DNA from: an uncultured cyanobacterium
Lineage (GTDB): Bacteria > Cyanobacteriota > Cyanobacteriia > Cyanobacteriales > Nostocaceae
Reading direction: 5' to 3'
Assembly: GCA_963740315.1 (NCBI GenBank)
Contig: CAVUDP010000002.1
Span: 2,560,001-2,624,000, forward strand
Length of the DNA: 64,000 nt
The position numbers were made by a program, and so were the translations under genes. Shown piece after piece: positions 20,847-29,597 of this stretch. Position 1 is the stretch's first letter; every line of letters starts with the position of its first letter. The notes below the pieces were generated by a model. The model had not been told where the DNA came from, did not search any database, and saw only the letters and a program-made list of their open reading frames with translations.

Positions 20847-20860
20847 AGTACTCCAGTACT
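20847..20860. promoter_or_regulatory. Putative cyanobacterial LexA box
   Basis: AGTACTCCAGTACT matches RGTACNNNDGTWCB; about 10 bp upstream of the ligase ATG. Confidence 0.65.
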
Positions 20861-20897
20861 GTTTTAGCCTTATCTAAAAAATTATTTTTAATAAACA

Positions 20898-21230
20898 ATG
20901 GTAACTATTGTTGTCACGATCAATATTCTGATCTCATTGATACTGCTTTACTGCACTTGGCAAGTGTATGAATTAAGACGACGACTAGCTAGACTGACCA
21001 GGTTTTTCACAAACTGCGATCGCAATTCTTATGCACTGTTGTATCGAAGACCAGAAGCGATTTATCTCGGTATGCAGAATTTAAATAATCTCCGTCAGAG
21101 CAATCAAAGCTTACAAGTAAAATTACGACAATTAAAGCAAATTTTGGCACTAGTAGTTTTCGGTAGACAAATACTCTGGAATCGTCCAGGATTTAATTTA
21201 ACCTCTAAATATTTAAAAAGAAAACCTTGA
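20898..21230 (+). CDS. Hypothetical membrane-anchored protein
   Basis: N-terminal TM helix plus coiled coil; precedes the YtxH/DUF948 genes. Confidence 0.75.
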   Translation: MVTIVVTINILISLILLYCTWQVYELRRRLARLTRFFTNCDRNSYALLYRRPEAIYLGMQNLNNLRQSNQSLQVKLRQLKQILALVVFGRQILWNRPGFNLTSKYLKRKP

Positions 21231-21487
21231 AAGGTCTGCATGTTTTTGGTCTGCATGTTTTTAGTCAAAGGTGTAATAACTTTTAACTCCTAACTCAATA
21301 CTCCTAACTCAATACTCCTAACTCCCCATCCCCCCATCCCCCCATCTCCCCATCCCCCCATCCCCTTTTCCTAGAATGCAACCTTTGCCAGAGATACCTT
21401 GTCAATAATAAAGAAAATAGTAAAATTTTGGTGAGTATTGCAAGCCGTTCAAACCCACTTAAAATAGGTGTAAGGAGAGTTGATAAA

Positions 21488-21841
21488 ATGTCTAATAAAA
21501 GTAGTGGAAATTTTATTGGTGGTTTGATGCTAGGAGCAACTATTGGTGCCTTCACCGGGTTGCTTATGGCTCCGCGCACGGGACGCGAAACACGTAAATT
21601 GTTGAAAAAGTCTGCTTCTGCTTTACCAGATTTAGCAGAGGATTTATCAACAAGCGCTCAAATTCAAGCAGATCGTCTTTCTGAGAATGCAATCCGATCT
21701 TGGGATGACACTTTGGAGCGACTGCGAGAAGCCGTTTTGGCGGGGATAGATGCTTCCGCACGAGAACATCAAGTATTAAATCGGGAAAAAACAAAAGCTC
21801 AAGATAACTCCAATTCTCTACCCCAGCATATAAATAATTAG
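21488..21841 (+). CDS. YtxH domain protein
   Basis: FIGGLMLGATIGAFTGLLMAPRTGRETR. Confidence 0.88.
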   Translation: MSNKSSGNFIGGLMLGATIGAFTGLLMAPRTGRETRKLLKKSASALPDLAEDLSTSAQIQADRLSENAIRSWDDTLERLREAVLAGIDASAREHQVLNREKTKAQDNSNSLPQHINN

Positions 21842-22046
21842 TTTTTAGATTTTAGATTCTGGTTTCAAAGCCAGATTTGAAATATGGAACCGTCTAAATC
21901 ATCATTCACCGTTGATTCGGACGTACTAAAATTCCCATCGGTGCGGTTAATTATTTTATCGTAAATCCGTTACTAGAAAGTTTGGTGTAACTGAAATCTT
22001 ACCCAAAACTTTCTGCAAAATGCTGTTAGCGATTGACAATATTAAT

Positions 22047-22457
22047 GTGAGTGAACCTCTGTTTTGGCTGGGATTATCTATTTTATTAGTCGCTGTAAGT
22101 TTAACTGCTTTGTTGGTAGCCGCAATTCCGGCTCTACTGGAGGTAGCTTCTGCTGCTCGCAGTGCAGAAAAGTTGTTTGATACTCTTTCGCGAGAGTTGC
22201 CGCCTACTTTAGAAGCTATTCGCTTAACTGGCTTGGAAATTACCGATTTAACTGATGATGTGAGCGAAGGTGTCAAAAGTGCTTCTGGAGTAGCTCAACA
22301 AGTAGATCAAAGTTTTAATAGTGCCAAAAAACAAGCCCAAAACGTGCAGTCTGGTACGCGCAGTATTTTTGTTGGTGTCAAAGCCGCATGGACAACTTTG
22401 ACTAGTTCTAAACCTTCCAGACGCAGCATCGAACGCCAATCATCTCGAAGACAGTGA
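22047..22457 (+). CDS. DUF948-like membrane protein
   Basis: EPLFWLGLS TM, RELPPTLEAIRLTG; GTG start assumed. Confidence 0.75.
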   Translation: MSEPLFWLGLSILLVAVSLTALLVAAIPALLEVASAARSAEKLFDTLSRELPPTLEAIRLTGLEITDLTDDVSEGVKSASGVAQQVDQSFNSAKKQAQNVQSGTRSIFVGVKAAWTTLTSSKPSRRSIERQSSRRQ

Positions 22458-22723
22458 GTTAGCACTTAAGAGTTAGGAGATGAAGAAAGCGGAGGGAGCG
22501 GAGGGAGCGGAGGGAGAAAATAAATAATTAGTTTTCTTGTAAAAAAAATAATTGCTTCCCCTGCCCCCTCTGCCTCCTCTGCCCCCTCTGCTCTCCTTGT
22601 TCCCCCTCTCCCCCCTCTCCCTATCTCCTCTTCTCTCCATCTCCCATTTTTGCAATTGCATTGAAATTAGTACATCAAAAATGGGAACCATATTAATAAG
22701 AATTTAAATTTTTCTTAAATATA

Positions 22724-25588
22724 ATGATGGATAAATTGCAGGAGCATCAACCAATTGCGGTTCAATCCGGTTTATTACACCGTATTGCAAATCGTATTCG
22801 CCAATCTTTGGAATTAAAAGAAATTTTAAATACGATGGTGGCGGAAGTCCGGGATTACTTGGGGACCGATCGTGTAAAAGTTTATCAGTTCAATCCTGAC
22901 AGTAGTGGAGTAGTAATTGCTGAATCGATTAATAATTATCGGCTACCTTCTTTACTAGGACTGCATTTTCCCGCTGATGATATTCCTCCTTACGCTCGCG
23001 AGTTGTTTTTGCGATCGCGTCAGCGTTCGGTAGTAGATGTAACTAATTCTCAAATAGGGATTAGCCCTTTAAACCATCCAGAAACTGGGGAAAGTCAACC
23101 AGATGATATTCGCTATCGTCCTTTAGACCCTTGTCATGCAGAATATTTAACTGCGATGGGTATCAAATCTTCCGTAGTTGTACCGATTGTCTTGGAAGAA
23201 ATTTCTACTGGGAAAAAACAGCCACTGTCCGCGACATCCGCTCTTTGGGGATTGCTAGCTTGTCATCATAGCGAGTCGCGCAACGTTACCGAAGAGGAAT
23301 TACAGTTTATTCAAGCTGTTGTAGATCAAGTTGGAGTTGCGATCGCCCAGTCAATTTTGCTCAACCAAGTGCGATCGCAAGCTAAACAGGAAGCGAATAT
23401 CAACCGCGTTACGGAGCTACTTTACACAAGCCCTACAGTTAGATCGCAAGAAGCCCTTGAAGAAGCCGTTGCAACTTTTAATGGTTCTGGTGGTAGGCTT
23501 TATTTGCTCCCAGATGAACAGCAATCAAGGGAATTATATACCTGTGGAGAACAACCGGATTTCTTAGATGCAGAAAAAAATCGAGTTGTTGAAGAAAATT
23601 ACTTATGGAAGAATTTCCTGCACTCGGTAATTGAATCTGGTTCCGATAGTACTGGTTATAAACCTTGGTCGGTGCAGTGGATGCGTTCGGTATATAATTT
23701 AGGCGATCGCAACGAAGTTGATAATCATCCCCATCTGTGGGCAATTGATGACATTTACCGCGAACCTTTGTTTCGTACCTTAGCACCGTTTTTTGGATCT
23801 ACTTCTGTTCGCGGAATTTTAATTATTCCTCTACATTATGGCGATCGCGTTGTTGGTTGCTTAACAATATTTCGGAATGAGGTAGATACGGAGATTTTGT
23901 GGGGGGGATGGCACAATCCCGATACTCGTCAACTGATGGCGCGACAGTCTTTTGAGGTGTGGAAGCAGGAGAAAACGGGACAGGCTCAAGCTTGGGTGGA
24001 AGAAGAAATGAAGTATGCTCAAGCACTCAGCGAAAGGTTTTCTACGGCAATTAAACAGTACAGGTTGTATCAGCAAGTACAGGCTTTAAACGCCAACTTG
24101 GAACAGCAGGTAGAAGAGCGCACCGAACAACTTCAGCAAAAAACCCAACAGTTACAGCTTTCAAATCTGGAATTAGAAAACTTTATTTCCCGACAAAAAG
24201 CACTTGCAAGTATTGTGGCTAAAATCCGCGAGTCTCTTGATATTGAGGGAATTTTCCAAATTACTACAAAAGAACTGACTCAAGTTTTGGATGTCGATCG
24301 CGTTTCGGTTTATCGGTTTAATTCGGATTGGGGTGGTGAATTTGTTGCTGATTTTGAATGTGTTACTCCCCGATGGCTCGATGTTGGTAATTTAGGTGTC
24401 AATGTAGTTTGGAACGACACTTACCTGCAAGAAACTCAAGGTGGTAAATATCGTGAAGGTGAAGTTTTTGCGATCGATGATGTGTACCAACAAGGTTTTT
24501 CTCAGTGTCACCTCGATATGTACGAGCAGTTTCACATCAAAGCTTTTATTACAGTACCCATTTTTGTCGAGCAAAATCTTTGGGGTATTTTGGGAGTATA
24601 TCAACATCAAGCAGCTCGTGATTGGGAAAATTCCGAAGTTGAGTTTGTTAGTCAAATTGCAGCACAGTTAGGAGTTGCCATGCAGCACGCTTCTTTACTC
24701 GCTCATAACCATGAAAAAACCGAGCAACTATCTAAAACCCTGATTAATTTGCAAGAAACTCAAACTCAGCTGATCCAAACAGAAAAAATGTCTAGTTTGG
24801 GACAGTTGGTAGCAGGAATTGCTCACGAAATCAATAACCCAGTTAATTTTATTCACGCTAATTTAGCTCACCTTAAGGAATACACAAATAATATTTTGCA
24901 AATAATAAGCAGCTATCAAGAATGCTATCCCGAACCTCCTATAGAAATGAAAACATTGCTGGAGGAAGCTGACGTTGAATACATTGCGGAAGATTTACCA
25001 AAGCTTTGTTCTTCTTTATCTATCGGAACTAAACGCATTCAGTCGATTGTTTTATCATTACGCAGCTTTTCGCGTTTAGATGAAGCAGAAATGAAACCCG
25101 TGAATATTCACGATGGTATTGAAGGTACGCTATTAATTTTGCAGCATCGACTTAAAACTGATAGTTCCAAAGTAAACATTAATATTGTCAAAGAATATGG
25201 CGAATTACCTTTAGTTCAATGCTATGCTGGGCAACTCAATCAAGTTTTTATGAATTTACTAGCGAATGCTATTGATGAAGTTCAATCAATAAAACCTTCT
25301 TCTGAGGAAGATAATATCAAAACTATTAAAATTACAACTGAGTGTATAGATGAAAAAGTGAAAATTTCTATTAAAGATGATGGAAATGGAATTCCACCGG
25401 AAATTTTAGATAAACTATTTGACCCCTTTTTTACTACTAAACCAGTTGGCAAAGGTACGGGATTAGGGCTATCAATTAGCTATAAGATTATCGAAAAACA
25501 TGGCGGTAAATTGTATTGCAATTCTAAACCTGGTGAAGGTGCTGAATTTGTAATTGAATTACCATTTAAATCGGCGCTGTGTACTTAA
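22724..25588 (+). CDS. Multi-GAF bilin photosensor histidine kinase (AphC/All2699-like architecture)
   Basis: GAF1 DDIPP and DPCH (knotless phytochrome type); GAF2 with WGG and RQSFEVW tongue; GAF3 WNDTYLQET..CH (red/green CBCR type); AHEINNP; G boxes. Confidence 0.88.
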   Translation: MMDKLQEHQPIAVQSGLLHRIANRIRQSLELKEILNTMVAEVRDYLGTDRVKVYQFNPDSSGVVIAESINNYRLPSLLGLHFPADDIPPYARELFLRSRQRSVVDVTNSQIGISPLNHPETGESQPDDIRYRPLDPCHAEYLTAMGIKSSVVVPIVLEEISTGKKQPLSATSALWGLLACHHSESRNVTEEELQFIQAVVDQVGVAIAQSILLNQVRSQAKQEANINRVTELLYTSPTVRSQEALEEAVATFNGSGGRLYLLPDEQQSRELYTCGEQPDFLDAEKNRVVEENYLWKNFLHSVIESGSDSTGYKPWSVQWMRSVYNLGDRNEVDNHPHLWAIDDIYREPLFRTLAPFFGSTSVRGILIIPLHYGDRVVGCLTIFRNEVDTEILWGGWHNPDTRQLMARQSFEVWKQEKTGQAQAWVEEEMKYAQALSERFSTAIKQYRLYQQVQALNANLEQQVEERTEQLQQKTQQLQLSNLELENFISRQKALASIVAKIRESLDIEGIFQITTKELTQVLDVDRVSVYRFNSDWGGEFVADFECVTPRWLDVGNLGVNVVWNDTYLQETQGGKYREGEVFAIDDVYQQGFSQCHLDMYEQFHIKAFITVPIFVEQNLWGILGVYQHQAARDWENSEVEFVSQIAAQLGVAMQHASLLAHNHEKTEQLSKTLINLQETQTQLIQTEKMSSLGQLVAGIAHEINNPVNFIHANLAHLKEYTNNILQIISSYQECYPEPPIEMKTLLEEADVEYIAEDLPKLCSSLSIGTKRIQSIVLSLRSFSRLDEAEMKPVNIHDGIEGTLLILQHRLKTDSSKVNINIVKEYGELPLVQCYAGQLNQVFMNLLANAIDEVQSIKPSSEEDNIKTIKITTECIDEKVKISIKDDGNGIPPEILDKLFDPFFTTKPVGKGTGLGLSISYKIIEKHGGKLYCNSKPGEGAEFVIELPFKSALCT

Positions 25589-25681
25589 ATAGGAGTAGGG
25601 AGTAGGATATTCCTCTGTTTTTATTGCCGTTGTGTTAGCACGTAATGCACCATCCGAATGGTAAAGCGAATTTGCTTTCAC

Positions 25682-25808
25682 TAAGAATTAGACAGAATTA
25701 ATTGTATAGTCATTGCGAGTTCAACGGAGTGAAACGACGCAACCGCAACACTTTGAGATTGCTTCGCTCTCGCTCGCAATGACATAAATATTTTTGTCCA
25801 CCTACCTA
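25682..25808. mobile_element. MITE copy (same family as 19112-19242)
   Basis: GTCATTGCGAG...GCAACACTTTGAGATTGCTTCG...CTCGCAATGAC core with TA-bounded ends. Confidence 0.7.
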
Positions 25809-25819
25809 GATTAGTTGAT

Positions 25820-26323
25820 TCAAGTTTCGATAAATTTCAACGCTACCCCATTCATGCAGTAGCGTTTGCCAGTAGGTTTGGGACCATCGTTAAATACATG
25901 ACCTAAATGTCCGCCGCAGCGATGACAATGAACTTCAACACGGCGGATAAAAAATGATTTATCTATCGATGTATCGATTGCTCCACTTATGGGAGCATAA
26001 AAAGAAGGCCAACCCGTACCGCTGTTAAATTTAGTTTGAGACTTAAAAAGTGGTAAGTCACACCCAGCGCATAGGTAAGTACCGTTCGCATATTGTTTAT
26101 CAAGCGAACTGGTATGAGCGCCTTCAGTTCCATGTTTACGCAACACGTAAAACTGGGAAGGTGTTAAAATTTTGCGCCACTGTTCTTCTGTTTTGGTAAT
26201 TTCAAACTTATTAGAGGCAGTTGCTGCAACTTTTGACTTACCTGCTATACCTGTTAAATATGGCGATAACCATGCTAAACCCAGCATTGCTGTTCCAGTT
26301 TTTAAAAAATATCGTTTTTTCAT
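25820..26323 (-). CDS. msrB: Peptide-methionine (R)-S-oxide reductase with Tat-like signal
   Basis: SGTGWPSF, GHLGHVFNDGP, RYCMN; N-terminal KRYFLK signal. Confidence 0.95.
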   Translation of the reverse strand: MKKRYFLKTGTAMLGLAWLSPYLTGIAGKSKVAATASNKFEITKTEEQWRKILTPSQFYVLRKHGTEGAHTSSLDKQYANGTYLCAGCDLPLFKSQTKFNSGTGWPSFYAPISGAIDTSIDKSFFIRRVEVHCHRCGGHLGHVFNDGPKPTGKRYCMNGVALKFIET

Positions 26324-26675
26324 AATTTAATTGTCGTCTGAGTTAACCTTCACTACAAGCATAACGATTAGTAATCATAATTATTCGGAAATCACTTAAG
26401 ATATGTCAAGATAAAATTTAGTTGATATTAAGTAAAATATATAATGTCTGACTTTCAAGATTTTATCAAGTTTCTTTATGAAGAATATCGCCATCTTAAT
26501 TCAGGTTCCTTAGCCAGCTATATTCCAGAACTAACTAAAGCCGATCCAAACTGGTTTGCAATCTCTGTTGTGACTAAAGAAGGGGAAATTTTTGAAATTG
26601 GAGATAGCCAAGAAAATTTTACTATTCAATCTATATCTAAAGTTTTTGTTTACGGCATGGCTTTAGAAGATTGCG

Positions 26676-26699
26676 TTAGCGAAGCCATGCCGTAGGCTT
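26676..26699 (+). mobile_element. 24-nt small dispersed repeat inserted in HIP1 (GCG|ATCGC)
   Basis: GCG-TTAGCGAAGCCATGCCGTAGGCTT-ATCGC; in frame but contains TAG. Confidence 0.85.
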
Positions 26700-26815
26700 A
26701 TCGCCAAACGTTGTTGGAAAAAATTGGTGTAGAACCCACTGGAGATCCGTTCAATTCAGTAATTCGCTTGGATGAAAACTCTAAACGTCCGGATAACCCG
26801 ATGGTTAATGCTGGA

Positions 26816-26842
26816 GCGAAGAGCCGCAGCTTCGCTGAACGC
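26816..26842 (-). mobile_element. Related small dispersed repeat in a second HIP1 site (net +19 nt)
   Basis: Reverse strand GCG-TTCAGCGAAGCTGCGGCTC-TTCGC sits where NAG-A-I-A (GCG ATC GCT) is expected; frameshift. Confidence 0.75.
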
Positions 26843-27638
26843 TACTGCTGGTTTAATCAAAGGTGCAAATGCTACCGAAAAGCTGAATCGAATGCTAGAT
26901 ATGTTCCGCCGCTATATCGGTCACAATGTATTTATCGATGCTCCTGTATTTATGTCCGAACGAGCTACCGGACATCGCAATCGAGCCTTAGCCAATTTAC
27001 TGCTTAATTTTGACATCATTGAAAACAATATTGAAGAAATTCTTGACCTTTATTTTCAACAGTGTTCTTTGGTTGTTAACTGCCACGATTTAGCGGTGAT
27101 GGCTGCAACTTTAGCAAATCGAGGTATTAATCCCATAACAAAAAAACAAGCAATAAAACCTTGTTATATCAGAGATATTTTAAGCGTAATGTACACTTGT
27201 GGTATGTATAACTATGCTGGTGAATGGGCTTATCGAGTCGGCATTCCGGCAAAAAGCGGTGTTTCGGGAGGAATAATTGGTGTAATTCCCGATCGCGCTG
27301 GTATTGCTGTCTTTTCCCCTTTAATCGATCCTAGAGGTAATAGCGTTAGAGGAATTAAAGTTTTTGAAGCTTTATCCGATCGATTCAATCTTCATTTATT
27401 TGATTCTCCATTGCCAGAATGTTCGTTTCTAGATATTTCTAAAAATCCAGGAGAATTAATATCTAAGCCATAAAAGCTTCCTGAGTTCTAAGTAAGAGTA
27501 ATATGGTCAGTTATTGATGGTGCCTTCTAATTTTCCCTTGCAACTACCTTCTGAATATTTCTTTATATTTGTGCGTCCGGAATAGATCGATTCAAAAGTG
27601 ATGTTATATATCAGAACAAATAAAAGATGATATAAACT

Positions 27639-28208
27639 ATGAACGCTATCTATACTCTGCTTAAACAAGGATCGATTGGTGCAGAAGTGACTAAGCTGCA
27701 AGAAGGTTTGAAGAAACTTAATTTTTATTCAGGTAGTGTTGACGGTATTTTTGGAGCCAAAACTAAGCTTGCTGTCATCAATTTTCAATCAACACAAGGA
27801 TTAGTTACTGATGGAATTGTAGGCGAAAAAACTTGGTCTAAATTAAACGCAGCACTGCAACAAAACAACCCGCGTTTGAATTTTAAGGTAATTAACGTAC
27901 AAGAATTTATTGCTTATAAAGGGATTAAAGCTACTAATCCAAAAGCTGTAGCTGCACAATTGTTTAGTAGCTTAGAAGAGGAAGAAGGAAGAAATTATGA
28001 AGATATTTCAATTACATATCTTCGAGGAGAAACAGCTGTAATTGTACAGACTTTAATCGGTTTAGCTGATGATTCATTAGGAGCAATACGATACCGCATT
28101 GAATTGAAACTTAACCAAAATAAATGGGAAATTGTTTGGGTGGGTCAACAATACAAGTGTCAACGAGGTCGAGGACATCAAGACTGGTCTGATGTTATTT
28201 GCTCGTAA
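27639..28208 (+). CDS. Peptidoglycan-binding domain protein
   Basis: LKQGSIGAEVTKLQ, DGIFGAKT, DGIVGEKTW; C-terminal ADDS..RYR..CQRGRG domain. Confidence 0.88.
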   Translation: MNAIYTLLKQGSIGAEVTKLQEGLKKLNFYSGSVDGIFGAKTKLAVINFQSTQGLVTDGIVGEKTWSKLNAALQQNNPRLNFKVINVQEFIAYKGIKATNPKAVAAQLFSSLEEEEGRNYEDISITYLRGETAVIVQTLIGLADDSLGAIRYRIELKLNQNKWEIVWVGQQYKCQRGRGHQDWSDVICS

Positions 28209-28356
28209 AGTAAATGGGTAAACGTTATCTTGTCATTGCGTTACTCTAACGAGTCAGCAAGCTGAACACGTTCACCGTCAGGTGCGGCTTAGTGTTCCCA
28301 ATACGGGAATGGAACGAAGCAATCGCAATATATATTTAATTTTGCGCGAGTACTTA
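28206..28356. mobile_element. Degenerate MITE copy with nested small repeats
   Basis: GTCATTGCG...CGAAGCAATCGCAA and right end TAATTTTGCGCGAGTACTTA; internal ACTCTAACGAGTC insert. Confidence 0.65.
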
Positions 28357-28364
28357 GATGATTG

Positions 28365-29399
28365 TTATAACGTTTTCCAAATTTTAATAGTCTTATCAAA
28401 GCTACTACTAAGAATTGTACCGTCAGAACCAAAAGCAACTGACCAAACTCTTTTGGAATGTCCTCTAAGGGTACTAATTCGTTGTCCGGTATTTGTATCC
28501 CATAACTTGATAGTTTTATCCCAACTACCGCTAGCAAGGGTTTTACCATCCGGACTAAATGCAACTGACCAAATTTTATCCGAATGTCCGCTTAAAATAC
28601 GTAGGTTATCTCCAGTACGAGCATTCCATAACTTGATGGTTTTATCCCAACTAGCGCTGGCAAGGGTTTTACCATCTGGGCTGAATGCTAAGGAACTAAC
28701 TGCGTCTAAATGACCTCTTAAAGTTTTAATTTTGTTTCCTGTGGCTAAATCCCACAAATTAATCGTGCCTTCAAAATGATTTCCCGTTGCGAAGGTTTTA
28801 CCATCTGGACTCACTGCAACGACATTTACTACGTCACAATCTCCTCGAATGCTGCGGATTTTGCTTCCCGTACCTGCATTCCACAAACTAACAGTTTGAT
28901 CCCAACTACTACTAACAATAAAGTTCCCATCCGGGCTAAAAGCGATTGATTGAACAGAGGCTGAATGTCCCTTCATTACCCGGATTTGCTCGCCGGTTGC
29001 AATATCCCACAACCGAATAACTCGATCGCCACCAGCCGAAGCCAGTGTTTTCCCATCTGGACTAAAAGCCACAGCGTTAACTGAGTCCGAATGCCCTTTG
29101 AGAGTGCGGATTAGCTGTCTCGTTTCTAAATCCCATAATTTAATCGTTTTATCGCCGCTGACGGAAGCAATAATACGTTTCCCCTCTATTTGATGGGGAC
29201 TAATAGCGATCGCCCAAACCGAATCGGAATGTCCGGTTAATGTAAATTTTAAAGAAGTATTTTTCCAAGAAGTTGATGTCTGGTTCGTGCGAGAAGATAT
29301 ACTACTCACCGCAGGAGAAGTTTGCCAACCCCAAATTTTAGCAAAAGCTAAAACCATTACTGCCGAACTAGTTAAAATTTTAAACGTATAATTAATCAT
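28365..29399 (-). CDS. WD40 repeat protein with N-terminal signal/anchor
   Basis: About seven GHS...AFSPDG..LAS.S.D.TIKLWD repeats. Confidence 0.93.
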   Translation of the reverse strand: MINYTFKILTSSAVMVLAFAKIWGWQTSPAVSSISSRTNQTSTSWKNTSLKFTLTGHSDSVWAIAISPHQIEGKRIIASVSGDKTIKLWDLETRQLIRTLKGHSDSVNAVAFSPDGKTLASAGGDRVIRLWDIATGEQIRVMKGHSASVQSIAFSPDGNFIVSSSWDQTVSLWNAGTGSKIRSIRGDCDVVNVVAVSPDGKTFATGNHFEGTINLWDLATGNKIKTLRGHLDAVSSLAFSPDGKTLASASWDKTIKLWNARTGDNLRILSGHSDKIWSVAFSPDGKTLASGSWDKTIKLWDTNTGQRISTLRGHSKRVWSVAFGSDGTILSSSFDKTIKIWKTL

Positions 29400-29597
29400 T
29401 TTTACAGAAGCAATAATTCCCGTGGAGTCTAATTATCAACTCAGTACAAACCAATAGTAAAAACACTTATTCTTTCTTTAATAGAAATATATTCATCTAT
29501 CAATTCAATAATATCTCGGATAAATTTCAAAGTTTAAGACATATTGTTTACAACTATTTTATGTTAACTTGATTTTATAAAATTATTTTTTTGGCGA

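Larger units (their letters stand above)
26444..27473 (+). pseudogene. glsA: Glutaminase interrupted by two small insertions in HIP1 sites
   Basis: [52 protein letters not shown]; removing the 24-nt and 19-nt inserts restores a 328-aa frame. Confidence 0.9.

Noticed and set aside
26693..26695. In-frame TAG in glutaminase as pyrrolysine or programmed readthrough
   Set aside because: The TAG lies inside the 24-nt insert, and a second insert shifts the frame downstream anyway
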